NCBI GenBank assembly: GCA_965112735.1
Contig: OZ218953.1
Span: 5,394,001-5,458,000, forward strand
Length of the DNA stretch: 64,000 nt
Direction of reading: 5' to 3'
Origin: Phaeosaccion multiseriatum
Taxonomy: Eukaryota > Protista > Ochrophyta, other classes
Shown: positions 1-12,600 of the stretch, piece by piece
Numbering within the stretch: the first letter of the stretch is position 1
Layout: each line of letters starts with the position of its first letter
Notes under the pieces: generated by a model
Database searches by the model: none
What the model was told of the DNA's origin: nothing
Seen by the model: the letters and a program-made list of their open reading frames with translations, nothing else
Made by a program: the position numbers and the translations under genes

Positions 1-2547
1 AGGCTTGCGGAGGTCAGCCTCTCCCTCAATCTCACCAAGTGCGTCGTGCTACTGGGGAAGGGGCGGGTGCTGTCACCACAAGAGAGGGCATGGCTTGAGA
101 AGATGGAGGGGGCGCAGGGGGGCACCAGGTACATCACCCGACTAGCCACTGAAGGGTCTGTAGTGGTGGGAGCGCCAGTTGGCACGCGTGCCTTTGTGGA
201 ACGCTATATAGAGGAGCAGCTAGGCATGACCAGCGTGATGCCCCAGCTCTGCGAGCTCGCTGGGCGCATGGACGACTCCTCCAGCTCGATGTACCTGGCA
301 GTCAGGTCGATGACCCCCAAGGCCAACTTCCTCATGAGGGTAATCCCGCCGGACTTCATCCGACCCACCCTCACCCTCTTCGATACTCTTGTGGGCTACA
401 CAGCAACCAATTCCCTGGATCCAGGGCGCACCTCGGTTACGGCGATCCTAAAGGCACACAAGGCAGCGCAAGAGGAGAGGGCACTACAGAGGAGCAGTGA
501 CACCTTCCGGATGCTCCCCCTCATGGGTGATGAGCTGCGAGCGAGACAGGCGAGACTGAAGGTGGGCGATGGGGGCTTGGGACTCGTCCCCCAAGCTGAG
601 CTCTGTGACGCAGCCTTCCTGGCAGGGGCGATGCAAGCCCTCCCCTTCGCCCTCAGGGAGGTGGGACCGCGGAGCAGACAGGCCCTGTCCCAGTGTGGGC
701 AGGGACCCAACGGATACCATATCCGTGTCATCCACACAGCAGCACGTGTCTTTGACCAACTCCCCAGCGCGCCCAAGGCAGACGCAGCCCAAGGTGCTCT
801 CAGTCAACAGGAGCGCTTCCTCAAGTCCCTCCCGCGAGGATGGGCTGTGTTGCTCGCCCACGGCCACATCAGCAGACCGGAGGCCCTTCTCCTCCCCAAG
901 GGGGGAGGCTTGCTGCCAGGGGCGCTCGGGCCCACATACTGTGACCTCCCCCCATGGGCAATCACAGCATCCCTGTACAGCGCGGCGCCAATCATCTCCC
1001 ACCTCAGTGACAGCAGATGGAGAGAGCCATGGCTGATCACCACGCTCTTCCCGGAGAGAGACGACACCCCAGAGCATGAAGGGCACACACCTGTCGGTGG
1101 CAGAGGGGACCAGCCGGCTGCGAGTGATGCCCCCGGGGGGGATGAGACACAATCTGGGGGTGAAGGAGCAGACTTAGACGAAGGGGATAATGTTGGGGCC
1201 GCAGGGATACACCCTGGGGTGGGTGCGGAAGGGTGCGACGCGGCTGCAGGGCAGCAGGGGACCGCAGATGGACCAACCTCTGATAGCGAGGCAGACCCAG
1301 GGGGGGGGAGTGATGAAGACCCACAGGGTGAAAGTGACGAAGACCCAGATGGTGGAAGTGACGCAGCCCCTGAGGATGAGCATGACGTGGAACCAGGCGG
1401 TAGTGACGACGATGATGAGGACGGCCGGCCACGCTGGCGGACAGAGGAAACCAAGATGTTGGACGAGGGAGGACCCTCCATTCCACACAGCCGACACGGA
1501 GAGAGGCGAGGCGCCCAGAAGCGTTATACCAAGCTCCTCACGTCGAAGGCGAGGGCGGACTTCTTGGAACTATTGAAAGCCATTCCACAGCAAGACCAAC
1601 GGGAGAAGTACCTGGCCAGAGCCCTCAGCCACAGCGTGAAAGGTGCTGGTGCGTGGCTCCACCTTCAGCCGACCAAGAAGGCAGGGGGAGCACCACTCCA
1701 CCTCACAGACGCCGAGCACAAGAGTGCCATTCGGCGAAGACTTGGCTTTGACCCCACCTACAGCAAGGACTGTCATAAGTGCCCTGGCAAGGCGCTGACG
1801 GAGGGGCACATCGTCACCTGCACGAAGACGGGGCTCAGCACACCCCAACATGACGCTGTGCAGAAGGCACTTGTCGCCCTGCTGAAGAGCGAGGGCCTGG
1901 GCAGAGGCATCGTCCACAACACCAGCTTCCCCTTCTTCATGAGGGCAAGAACGATCACCCCGCGACGAGGGAGAGGGGGGAGCAACGCCGTGAGGAGTGA
2001 CGCCCACGTGGCCAAGCAGATGGAGATGGACATCGTGACTCCCCCCAGGATGTTTGAGCTTCCGTCCGATCATGAATATGGCGACGGCCACAAGTCCCTC
2101 ATGATCGACGTCACGCTCACAGATGCCACCAACACCACCAACCGGGCCAAGGCATCGAAGGAGGCACTCGCGGCAGCCAAGAAGGCTGAAGCTACCAAGC
2201 GGACCAGGTATGGGGTGCCACAGGTAGGCATGGAAGGCCAGGGTGGGGACATCCACTATGACCCCACGCGATACCACCTCGTCCCTTTCGCAATAGAACA
2301 GCAAGGCGCATTTGGTCCTTCTGCTCAGATGTTTATAAAAACACTCGCCACCCACATGGCTGGGGGGCACGAACATCTGGACACGAGGGCTTACGCGAGA
2401 GCTGTTTGCGTCATTCGGCGACGATTAGCCGTAGCGCTCCAGCGGGCCCGACACGAACGATCGGTTCGACACAGGATCCTGGCTGGTATCAACTTTGTTC
2501 CAATGGGGAGAACTGATGAGTCAGAGGGACACGACCTCGAGGGCTAA
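1..2547 (+). CDS. Retrotransposon ORF (partial): RT C-terminus/thumb, CCHC zinc knuckle, PD-(D/E)xK restriction-like endonuclease
   Basis: Frame is open from base 1: SLSLNLTKC (RT motif GLxLNxxKC), GSVVVGAPVG, GDGGLGL, GAGAWLHLQP, CHKC..GHIVTC, QHDAVQ (RHD-like), MDIV..LMIDVT, KRTRY, LVPFAIEQQGAFG. Confidence 0.88.
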   Translation, partial: RLAEVSLSLNLTKCVVLLGKGRVLSPQERAWLEKMEGAQGGTRYITRLATEGSVVVGAPVGTRAFVERYIEEQLGMTSVMPQLCELAGRMDDSSSSMYLAVRSMTPKANFLMRVIPPDFIRPTLTLFDTLVGYTATNSLDPGRTSVTAILKAHKAAQEERALQRSSDTFRMLPLMGDELRARQARLKVGDGGLGLVPQAELCDAAFLAGAMQALPFALREVGPRSRQALSQCGQGPNGYHIRVIHTAARVFDQLPSAPKADAAQGALSQQERFLKSLPRGWAVLLAHGHISRPEALLLPKGGGLLPGALGPTYCDLPPWAITASLYSAAPIISHLSDSRWREPWLITTLFPERDDTPEHEGHTPVGGRGDQPAASDAPGGDETQSGGEGADLDEGDNVGAAGIHPGVGAEGCDAAAGQQGTADGPTSDSEADPGGGSDEDPQGESDEDPDGGSDAAPEDEHDVEPGGSDDDDEDGRPRWRTEETKMLDEGGPSIPHSRHGERRGAQKRYTKLLTSKARADFLELLKAIPQQDQREKYLARALSHSVKGAGAWLHLQPTKKAGGAPLHLTDAEHKSAIRRRLGFDPTYSKDCHKCPGKALTEGHIVTCTKTGLSTPQHDAVQKALVALLKSEGLGRGIVHNTSFPFFMRARTITPRRGRGGSNAVRSDAHVAKQMEMDIVTPPRMFELPSDHEYGDGHKSLMIDVTLTDATNTTNRAKASKEALAAAKKAEATKRTRYGVPQVGMEGQGGDIHYDPTRYHLVPFAIEQQGAFGPSAQMFIKTLATHMAGGHEHLDTRAYARAVCVIRRRLAVALQRARHERSVRHRILAGINFVPMGRTDESEGHDLEG

Positions 2548-2597
2548 GTTCCCCGGGGCGGTGAGACATTACTTTTAGACAACCATAGATGGCACTT
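1..2597 (+). mobile_element. Non-LTR retrotransposon, RLE-endonuclease type (CRE-like clade); 3' portion, 5' part lies outside the window
   Basis: Long intronless ORF with RT C-terminal and RLE motifs. The sequence after the stop, up to TAGATGGCACT(T) at 2586-2597, is shared with a second copy at 45005-45245(-), which delimits the 3' end. No poly(A) tail visible. Confidence 0.88.
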
Positions 2598-2657
2598 AAG
2601 GGTGTAATATATATACCTTCCTACGTTGATTGATCTATTCAATTTCATTTTAAATAG

Positions 2658-4215
2658 CTAAGCGATGATGTCGATATTTAGCATCTTGATGTCAGTAAAC
2701 GGTTTGTCCCCCTTGTCCGCCTTGACGCTCTCGATGGCCTGCACCACGTCCATGCCCTTTAACACGCGGCCGAACACCGTGTGCTTGTTGTCCAGCCAAG
2801 GCGTAGGCACCGTCGTGATAAAGAACTGACTGCCATTTGTGTTAGGGCCTTCAGGTGAAGTGATGCAACGCAAGGGAGGGAGGGGGGGAGGGAGGGAGAG
2901 ACAGAGACATGCAGAAAGAGAGAGGGAGAGGGGGGGAGAGAGAGATAAAGGGGGAGAGAGAGAGAGGAAGGGGGAAAGAGATGAGGCACAGGTGGTAAAG
3001 CCCAGCGCAGCCCCATGTTCTTGCGTGTTTTCAACATATCCTCTTCGGACCAGCGCGGAAAAGGTACACCTCTCTACCTGCATTCGCCATGGAGAGAGTG
3101 AAAGGCCGATCGTGGCGGAGGTTTCTGTTGAGCTCGTCTTCAAATTCGCCGCCCCAGATGCTCTCTCCACCCGTTCCATCCCCGAGGGGGTCTCCAGTTT
3201 GGATCATGAACCCCTGGCACAGTACAGAGGAAAGCGAGGGGGAGGGGGGGGAGGGAGGGAGAGGCAGGGAGACAGCGAGAGAGAGAGAAGAGGACGATGT
3301 GAGACTGGGCGGGGGCGGGCCACCTTAAGGGGAGCAAACCTTCACACCCTAATGGGTGGAGCCTTGGACCTTACCTTCATGACTCTGTGGAAGATGATGT
3401 TATCGTAGTAACCGTTGCGCGCATGCGTGCTGAAGTTCTCCACAGTCCTCGGGCACTCCGTCCCGAACAGCTGATGACAAGGAGGAGACCACCACAGGGA
3501 AGGCAGGGCGCAAGATACAGATGGGAGAACAGACGCCACACGCAGCAAGGAAGCAGGCAAGCAGATGAGTGAGTGGAGGGGACAGGGCTCTGGGCGCATG
3601 GCATGGACAGGCCAGCTGTCACGTACTACCGGACGAACCTTCATCCTAACCCCACGCCTAAACAGCACCTCCTACGCACCTTAACCTTGATGTCTCCCAT
3701 GCTGGTGCGGATCACTGCCTCCTTCCCGAGCACGGCCTTCGTGGTGGTCAGCACGTTGAGCTGCAACAGACACAGACACAGACACAGTCAAGACGGAAGT
3801 CAGGGTTAGAGAGCGACGGACAGAGTGGGGTGGGGTGGGGTACAGGCACGGATGGCCATCAGGACCAGAGGACCAGCAGCAACCAAGTACACTACACCGA
3901 TTGGACGTACCTCTGCAGCAGTCGGCTTCTCGTTGAAGACGTCCCTTCCCTCGTCTCCCTGGTCCTCCTGCGGCTCTCGCCGGCTGAAGAGGAAGAAGCG
4001 CTTGCGGTCGAAGGCCGTGCACATGAGGGTGGGGTCCGGCAGGCTCGCCTTCTTCATCTCTTCCGTGGTTCGGGACTAAGCCAAGGCAGGGGGAGGAAGG
4101 GAAGGCGGAGACGGCGTGAGTGAAGCGTGTATGCAAATGCAATAGATCGACGCAGCAGGGGGGCAAAGAGCGCCAAGCCTGTGGCCGAGGACAGGTCTAA
4201 ATAGAACGCTTAGAC

Positions 4216-4254
<39 letters not shown>

Positions 4255-4466
4255 TACACAGACAGACAGGCAGACAGACAGACACGACTAAGGACGCTTA
4301 GACACGCTTACACACGTTTGGACAAGACACGCTTAGATGTGCTCAGACGTGCTGCATTTCGCTCCTCTCACACGTAACGCACCTTCGTTTGGCGAGAGAG
4401 GAGGAACTGTGTGTCCACCTTGGGCACCCCCTGGAACAAGCTCACCTGCAGACGGGACGAGAGGGA

Positions 4467-4499
<33 letters not shown>

Positions 4500-5419
4500 T
4501 GGTGATACAGCACGGGCACATCCCATCACGTGGACAGCGAGACAGAGGGAGAGAGTCCTGTCTAATCGAGCGAGCCCCCATCCGATTCCCTACGCACCTG
4601 CAGGAAACGCTGCTGGCCTTCGTCCTTCCCGAGGAGGATGCTCTGCTTGTTGGTCTCAATGTTAATGACCTTAGGGGGGCGCAGCAGAGGTGGTGGTTGG
4701 GTTGTTGATGCCAAGGCGCGGAAACGAGCTCCCCTTTCCCACTGCCCTTCCCTCCGTCCTTAGTCAGGCAGGACGGGCGATTGAAGATACAGTCCCCTTC
4801 CTCAAGGGAGACGCTACGATGCACAGGACTCCTTGCTTCTGTGGTATCTCCCCTTCCCTTCTCCATCCCTCCCTCCCCTGCTGTGTACATACGCACCTTG
4901 ATGCCGTGTATGGTGGCGTATATGATGAAGTAGCCGGTCTCGTCGAACACGGCGTTGATGAGGTCGAGTGCAGGAGACGTGTCAAGCTCGCTCTCGGTGG
5001 CCTCCCGCTTGGCGAACTCAAATTGCTCAATGGGCGCCGCTCCAGAAGCCTGGCGGATTTGGGGGGTGGGATGGCAGTCAAGGGGGCGATACACAGCAGA
5101 TGGATGAAACAGAAGACAGAGTAGCAGGGGGATTGTTGGGTCAAAGAGCAGCAGGGAGTGAGGCGCGGAGGTGGGGAAACGTGGTGTTTGTAGACCAGTA
5201 GCAGGGTAGGGCAAACCATCCGTCCTCAGCGCTGTCTCCTCTCCTCTCCTTCTGTCCTCTGTCCTCTGCTCTGACCTGCACTGCCTTGGCGGCCTTCATG
5301 CTCTCGTCGTACGTCCTCCGCAGTTTCCCCTTGGCGAAGTCGAACACGCGCACTTGCTTGTCCCGTGCAGTCACCACCATGCTCTTGCCGTCCTGGCTCA
5401 GCCCAATGTTACATGGCCT

Positions 5420-5451
<32 letters not shown>

Positions 5452-7063
5452 CTCAGCTCATGGTCACTGCCGTTGACCTTCCCTTGCTACTCTGGGCTGT
5501 CTCGCCTACATCCCTCCCCTCCTGCTTTGCCTCACCCTCACCCTCAGCCTCACCTGGTCTTTGCCTTGGCCAGCGCGAACAAGTCCGTTTCCAGCTTGTA
5601 CTTGAATGAGACGGACCCTTTTGAGGGGGCACCGTACTCCTGAGACACACAAACACACATGGCAACGGTCAAAGGCAGGGCCCAGAGGCTTGGAGGACTC
5701 GGCGTCTCGGTCGGTCGTAATCCGCAGCGCGAGGAACCATGAATGTATAGCATGCGAGGCGCACACACACGGGGGGTGAGAGGGAGGGTGTGGCCGGCAT
5801 GGCTGCACAATAAGCACTGAGGAAGGGCACTCCTCTCCCCTGGCAGCAGCCCGTGCATGGTCTCAGGGGACGAACCACGTCCAGTGCCATCCGACCCTAA
5901 TAACCCTACCCACCTGGCTGTCCCAGTACTCGAGCACGCCCTTCGCGTCCCCAGACACGACGGTGTTGCGCTGCTCGTTGAAGGCTAAACACACAACGGG
6001 CGAGCTGTGGACACTCACTGTGGCTACCGGCTCCAGACTTGAAGGCGCAGGACATAGATGCGAGAGAAGGTGAGAGAAATGGGGGAGGCGGGGGGCAAGA
6101 CCAGGGTGCGGGAAGGAATACATCAAAACACACTCTGGCCTCGCCTCTGGCACTTGATTGATGTGATCCAAAGAGCAACCTTCCCCCCCAACGCGCAGCA
6201 TTCCCCGCAGAAACGAGAGAGCATGTCTCGACCTCCCCACCTCCCCTTCAGGCCGCACCTGCCGTCCCCCATATACACCCTCACTGCGGAGCTGTCCCTG
6301 TCCGCCACTGCGAGCCTGCCCATCCGCCCCCGCCCGCTGATCCAGCACGCCGCGCCGGGCGTGTAGTCCGTGGTAATGATGTTGCTCATGTCAAAGCCCA
6401 CCACGTCGTAAAATTTGATGCTCTTGTCGCTGGACGTGGAGGCGAGGCGCTGCCCGTCGCAGGACACCACGACGGAGTGCACTTCCCCAACGTGCGCGTG
6501 GTAGTGCTTCACGAACTCCACGCCCTGAGGTGGGGGGGGGGGTGATCGGGAGAGGTCGTGAAAAGGGGGGGGGCGAGAGAGAAAGAGAAGAGAGATAATT
6601 ACACACCTCTGGCATCTTCTTCCAAAACTTGATGTGCCCGTCTGCAGAGGCCGTCACTGCAAAGTCCGTGCCGCAAGGGGTGAACAGGGCACACACGACA
6701 GTGTCTCTGTGCATGTACGACTTCTCGTACTGGCTTGCGCACGGCAGCGCAGCAAGGTAATCCTGCGGGCGAAGAGAAGGGGCAGAACCAAGGCCATAAG
6801 GAGGGGAGAGTCAGTTTCGAGAGAAGAGCTGGATAGGAAGAACAGAGTGGATCAGAGGGCGCCGAGCCGACCTTCTCGAACTCCAGCTTCTTGGGCTTTC
6901 TCTTCGACCCCGTTTTCAGCTTCTTGGGCCTGGGGGGGCCCTCCTCGTCGCTGCTCTCCTCAGCTCCAGCTTCCCCTGCCGTTGATGCTCCCCCCTCGCC
7001 CGATGGCGGCATGGGCCTGGGTCCCTCATCCTCCGAGCTACTTTCATCCCCGGCACCATTCAT
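2658..7063 (-). CDS. PPWD1: Peptidylprolyl isomerase domain and WD repeat-containing protein 1 (cyclophilin-71-like), multi-exon
   Basis: Spliced exons give [52 protein letters not shown], and a cyclophilin domain ([66 protein letters not shown]). ATG at 7063, TAG at 2658-2660. Confidence 0.95.
4496..4510. repeat. First copy of a dispersed 15-bp motif CAGTTGGTGATACAG associated with CAG/CTG tracts (12 copies in window)
   Basis: Exact copies at 4496, 9657, 13211(rc), 28069, 41591, 47076. Copies with 1-2 mismatches at 14040, 17797(rc), 19734(rc), 33764(rc), 35662(rc), 50567. Confidence 0.9.
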
Positions 7064-7271
7064 TCTCTTTTTCTTTTTTGGGGAAGTTGATCTTGAGCGG
7101 GCGGGGGGCGAAGGAGTTGTGCATAAAGTGCCATCCGCCCCCACACACAATGCAACCAAACCGCAAGGGCAGGGCCATCTCTTTTTCCCAGGGCAGCGGC
7201 ATAGGATGAGAAGCAACATTACGAGCAAGCTCGATCGAGGTGGTGCTTATTAAAAGACTGGAGAGAGCGCG
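7064..7271. promoter_or_regulatory. Probable bidirectional promoter (PPWD1 / Clu-RCC1 gene)
   Basis: About 208 bp between divergent start codons; positional inference only. Confidence 0.45.
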
Positions 7272-8326
7272 ATGTCGGAGGTCAGGGCCGGGGCCCTCTG
7301 GGTGTCCTGCTCGTCCATGTCCTCCCTCACGGCGCAAGGCGAGAACCTGCCGAAGGAGCCACCTGTGTTTCTGGGTGGACACCTCACGCTGTTCGGGGAC
7401 GGGCGGCTCGAGTTTACGAAGCATGATACTAGCGGCACCAGCGATACGGCCTCGGCTTCTTCCTCGGCTTCGGGAGCGTCTTCCGTGAGACCTGGATCCC
7501 TCCCTAATGCGCCTGGAGGAGAGCGCAGCTCGCTCGTCGCGGGCCTTCCCAAAGTGCCTCCTTCCCACGGCAGGCCAGGCGGGGGTAGCAGGAGCAGTAG
7601 CCTTAGCCGCGGCGGTCGGGGCAGTGGAAAGCTGAGAAGCCATGGCGGCGCGGAGCAGCAGACGCCCAACCCTCAGCTGCAGCAGCTACAACCGACTGCT
7701 GGAGCGGACGCAAGCAGCCCGCGCCTCATGTCGCGGAAGAGGACCTATCAGAAGCCTCCTCGCTCCTTGGGACTGCTGGGGCCAAGGGGGAGGATCGGCT
7801 CGTTTGGGCTCACGGGCGGGGTGCAGAGCAAGCTGGACCTGGATGCACAGGTGCAGGAGCCGATGCTCTTCACGGCTGCCACGCAGGTCACGCACGGACG
7901 GAACTTTGGACATTACGGCCGGGGGCTGGGGCTGTCCTTCATGCCTCCACGCCAGTTCTACGAGCTGGCCAGCAGCCTGCAGGACAACAGCGACATCAGC
8001 GTGGCTGTCACGGTAGATGACGTTACAGTGGTGCAGGCGGCTGCTGCGGCTGCTGCTGCGGCTGGAGCCTCGACGGCTGAGGGCGACGCTGCCGGGGGCT
8101 TTCGGGGCTCAGTGGAGGAGAAGGGAGGGGGGGTGTACCAAGGGCTGCCCTTCCTGCCCAGCCGCAGGTACGTGTGTGTGTGTTGGTGTTGGTATTGGTG
8201 TCTCATCCCAGCAACACCATGCATGCATCAAGACATGGGCCATGAGGGGCGGCCCAAGGTCCTGTCTCTCGTTTCCCCATGTTATTTTCGTAGACCAACG
8301 GCCCAGTGGCTCTTCCTTTCCTTCTT

Positions 8327-8369
<43 letters not shown>

Positions 8370-9628
8370 GACAAGGAGCTAAAGCTCAGCCTGGAGGGGG
8401 GCTCCTTGGGAGAGCTTGTGTTCGATGGGGACAAGTGGGCCATGGACATCAGATACCCGCAGTGGGACAGGTACGCGCACCTCACCGTGGGCCAGGATAG
8501 GCCGGCACATGGCAGCCAGGCAGGGGTGGCATGGGCAGGGGACTGAAGAGAGGGCAGGGTGTACACGACTGCGTCTTGCCCTGCCCGTCGCGTGTGGGTG
8601 GTTTGCTTTGATGAAGTGTGGGATGTCTGCGGCGAATGGGAAAGCACACATCTCTCGGTCCCTCATCTTTCTCGCTCTCTTACCCCAACGACACTGGCTA
8701 CCACCGCTCTGCTGCTACCCCCCCCCCCGGCCCTGGCAGGGTCTTCACCCTGGCGAGTAAGGAAGAGCACGTGCTGTTCAAATGGCACACCGACCTCCAG
8801 TTCGTGCGCTGGGGCGTGCAGCAGGGTGACTGGAACGCTCACTTCAGGGGCCAAATCGTGCCCAGTGCCTGCCCCGCCGCTCAAAAGGTCACCGCCCTGC
8901 CCGACCGGGACTGGCACAGCGAGTGGCTGGACTGCAACAGCAGCAAGGCGGACCTGCGGGCCAAGCTGTCTGTGCAACAGCAGTTCAATTGCTTCTCCGC
9001 GGCCGTGGCGAGCTGCGTGGGACAGCGGTCCCTTGGGAGGGGGTGGGACAGCCTCGCGCTCCATCCGCTTGTCCAAATATCTTCCCAAGAGGTAACCGTC
9101 ACTCACTCACTCACTCAGTTGCACTCAAACAAGAGTCCTTGACTGCATTTGTCACCGAAAGCATTCCCGCGTCGCTCATAAAGCCGGGCATCATGCATTA
9201 CCGTGCTTCCTGTCTCTCTGTCTCCACCCCTGCTTACGGCCTACCCCACTCTCTTGTTACTCCACTCTTACTCCCTCCTCCCTCTCCTCCTCTCCTCAGG
9301 GCGAAACGCTCGGGTTGAAGCTCAGAGACGTATGCTTCGTCGGGGGAGGCGCTGAGGCGCTGCTGTCTCCCTGCTTGACCTTTAGGGTGGGAAGTGTCCT
9401 CTTCTCCATGGTGCCCTTCGGCGAGGGCTACAAGCAGTGCAAGCAGCTGGGGCACGAGCTCAGGGCAAGCATGTATCTGTCGGACCACTCTCTCCTCGAC
9501 ACGTACGTCGCGGCAGGGGGGTCAGCGGGGACAGGGGGAGCAGGCGACTTCAGCTCAAGCCAACAGGGCGGGGGGAGAGAGAGTTGGAAGAGCAGCAGCG
9601 TCAGCGGCAAGGGGGCACAGCAACAGGC

Positions 9629-9660
<32 letters not shown>

Positions 9661-12600
9661 TGGTGATACAGCAGCAGGGACGGCAGAGGAGTGGGAGTGG
9701 AGACTCGGAGCAGGGCGTGGACGGAATGGGGATGGGGGGGGGTCCCACACAAGGGGGGCTCGTGCGGCACTTCATCACTCCGCTCATGTGCGTGCTTAAC
9801 AGCTTCGGGTACAGGGTGTCAGCCTGCGCCATGAGCGGTCGGACCAAGGAAGGGCCGGAGAACGGCAAGGAGAAGGACAAGGGGAAGGCCTCATCCGCCG
9901 AGTCTGTGCTGGAGGCGCAGTGGGAGCTTGACGCGGTTCGCGAGGAGCACTCTCCCGAGGGGGAGGAATTGAAGGAGCGCATTGTGGAGCAGCTCAGCCT
10001 CTCCAGCCAGGACGGGCCCAGGCTTGTCGCAACGGACACCTCCGCCCGAGGGAAGAAGGTGAGGGGGAGAGAGGGATAGCTACGTCAGCACTTCGGTCGC
10101 CTGCTCTGTTTGTGCTGTCCGCCGCTGCTGTGAAACATGCCTCGTTGCGGGTTTAGTGATGTCATCCCCTTGTACCCATGTGCTTGCCCGAGTCCCCCAG
10201 TGTGCGGCTCCGCTCATTGCTCATCTTTCGTCCATGTGCCCCCCCCCGTCCTCCCCTTCCTCCCTCCGTCCCTCCCTCCCAGATGCTGCTGTACTCCGAC
10301 CTGTGTGTGCCGGAGCTGCCCACAGATGGCGCCAACACGTTCCTTGCACTGCTCGTGCCCTCCGACCCCCTCCTTCCCGTGGCCGAGGCACGCACACTCA
10401 CAGTCCAGCCCGTCCGCCCTCCTCCTGCTCCTTCTTCTGCTCTTGCTCCTGGTGCTAGTGCTGGCCCTGGAGGGAGAGGAGGAGGGTCAGCCCCTCTTGT
10501 TGACGACCTTAAAGCACCCTGTGGCTTGTCGGCCCCAGCCAGGGCCGCCGCGTCCCAGCGAGAGTTGGTTCGTGGGGCTGTGGCCAAGCTCCTCGGCACC
10601 TCTGCGGCCCTCACCTCGTGCATTTGCGTGCCCGCCTATGGTGTGGACCTCTTCTTTCTGTCGGGGGGGGGCGGAGGGGGGCTCAACGAGAGAGCAAGCA
10701 GACTCTCCATGCGCAGTCTACATGGGGATGTCGTTGTTACGCTCAGCCCAGGGGCGGGGCAAGGCCAGGCCGACAAGCCTCTGTCTCAGGTGAGGGACTT
10801 CAGCCCCCACCGCTTCCGGCCGGAGCTACTGGAGCGGCAGGGCAAGGAGGGGGGAGGGGGCGGGGCGAGGAGGGGGGGGCTTCACGCTTCTCAGGAGGGG
10901 GGCAAACACAAACTGGACGCTGAAGTTCGCCTCACCCAGAGGTAAGGGAGGGAGAGAGAGAGAGGAAGAAGAACGCTCTCTCTCTGTACCAGTGGGAGAG
11001 ACATGGAGGATTCATCCACACCCCTCGCAGGGCCGGCCATGCCCTCAATACTGCCCTGCACGAGCCCGATTGTGTCCTGTCTCTCTCTCGTCAGGGGTAG
11101 CGTTAGTATTAGCAGCACTCACTGCCTCGTTTAACAACACTCTAACACACATACTCTCTCTCCCTGTCCACAGGCTCAAGCTGCAGTCGCTGCACTTGCG
11201 AGAGTCGGTAGTGCCTCACCTGTCTTGGCGCCTCAGGAGCTGCAGCGTCATGGCAGACGCCTTTGGAAAGAACGAGGCCACACAGCCGCCCTCACCGCCG
11301 GAGACGAGGGCCGCCGAAGGGGAGCCACGGGCGGACGGGGAAGGGGAGGGGATTCTTCCAGCGGACACTCACATCACGCGGGTGAAAGAAGGAGACGAAG
11401 GTAAGCGAAGGTGCACATACTCAAGGTGGAGGATGGACTTGCTTCATTTCATGCAAGTGCGGCGAGAGAAGGGAGGAAGGAAGGAAGGAAGGAAGGAAGG
11501 AAGGACGCGCAAGCACAATAGATACGCAATGTACTCTAGTGTGGTGTGGTGTGGTGTGGTGTGGTGTGGCCCCGTGCCTGTGCTCCTCATAGCCTGCACC
11601 AGACCCCTTCTGACCAACCATTCGACCAACCCATCAACCCACCACTCAATCAACCAATCCACGAACCCACCGGTCAACCAGCCAGTCAACCAACCAGTCA
11701 ACCAACCAACCTGTCCGACCCCTACTCCTTGCCCCTCCTTGCGTCCTTTCCTTGCATCGCAGTCGAGGTGATGCTCAAGACGGAGGAGGAGCGCGTCCCC
11801 CCCGCCCCCCTGCCCCCCGTGTACGTCTTCCACGGACAGCATCTGTGCCACCTCATGCACGAAGCAGGGGTAAGACAGAAGCAATAACACTGAAGTAACA
11901 CTGTAACGACACTCTAACGACACTGTTAACGAGTTATACGTCGTGCCTTGCCTCTCCCTCGCCAATCTCCAGCTCCTCCTCTGTCCCTGACCACCCGCTC
12001 CTCCTCTCCTCTCCCCCGCCCCCTTCCTCCTCCTCCTCCCCCTTGTTCCTCTCCCCCCACAGATCAACCTGCGCTACTTGCCTTGCCTGCGTGAGTCCGT
12101 CAAGCCGCATGAGCAGGGCCTCAGGCAGCTCATCGCCGCAGAGCTGTTGGCCAGGACCACCAAACACGTCCTTCGCTGCAGGTATCGCTCGGCCTCCTTG
12201 CTCGACCAGAATCGAGCCTACTTTGTGGCCAAACCGGTCTCGGGGGAGGGGGGGGGCATCGTGAGGCAGCAGTTGCAGCAGCAGGCAGCACAGCAGGCCA
12301 CGGAGCAGAGGCTGCAGCTGGACAAGGAGTCGAGCACGGGCACAGACAACACAGCACCTTCAGTAACGACAGCAACAGGAACAGGACCGGGCTCCTCCTC
12401 CTCGAGTGGACGCCTTCGCCCTCCCCCTCCTTCTCCTGGTACCTCTCTTGGCTCTAACGCTGCCGCTACCCCCTCCTCCGAGGGCCCCTTGGTTGCCTTC
12501 GAGAGTCAGGGCCAGTCGCTCATGACTGCCTCGGCGCTTGTGGAGCTCAACAACAAGCTCGTGGGCAAGGGCAGGGGGGGCAGGGGCGGCAAGTTGAAGT

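Noticed and set aside
5893-5912. CCCTAA-like telomeric seed
   Set aside because: Only one or two degenerate units inside an intron; chance level.
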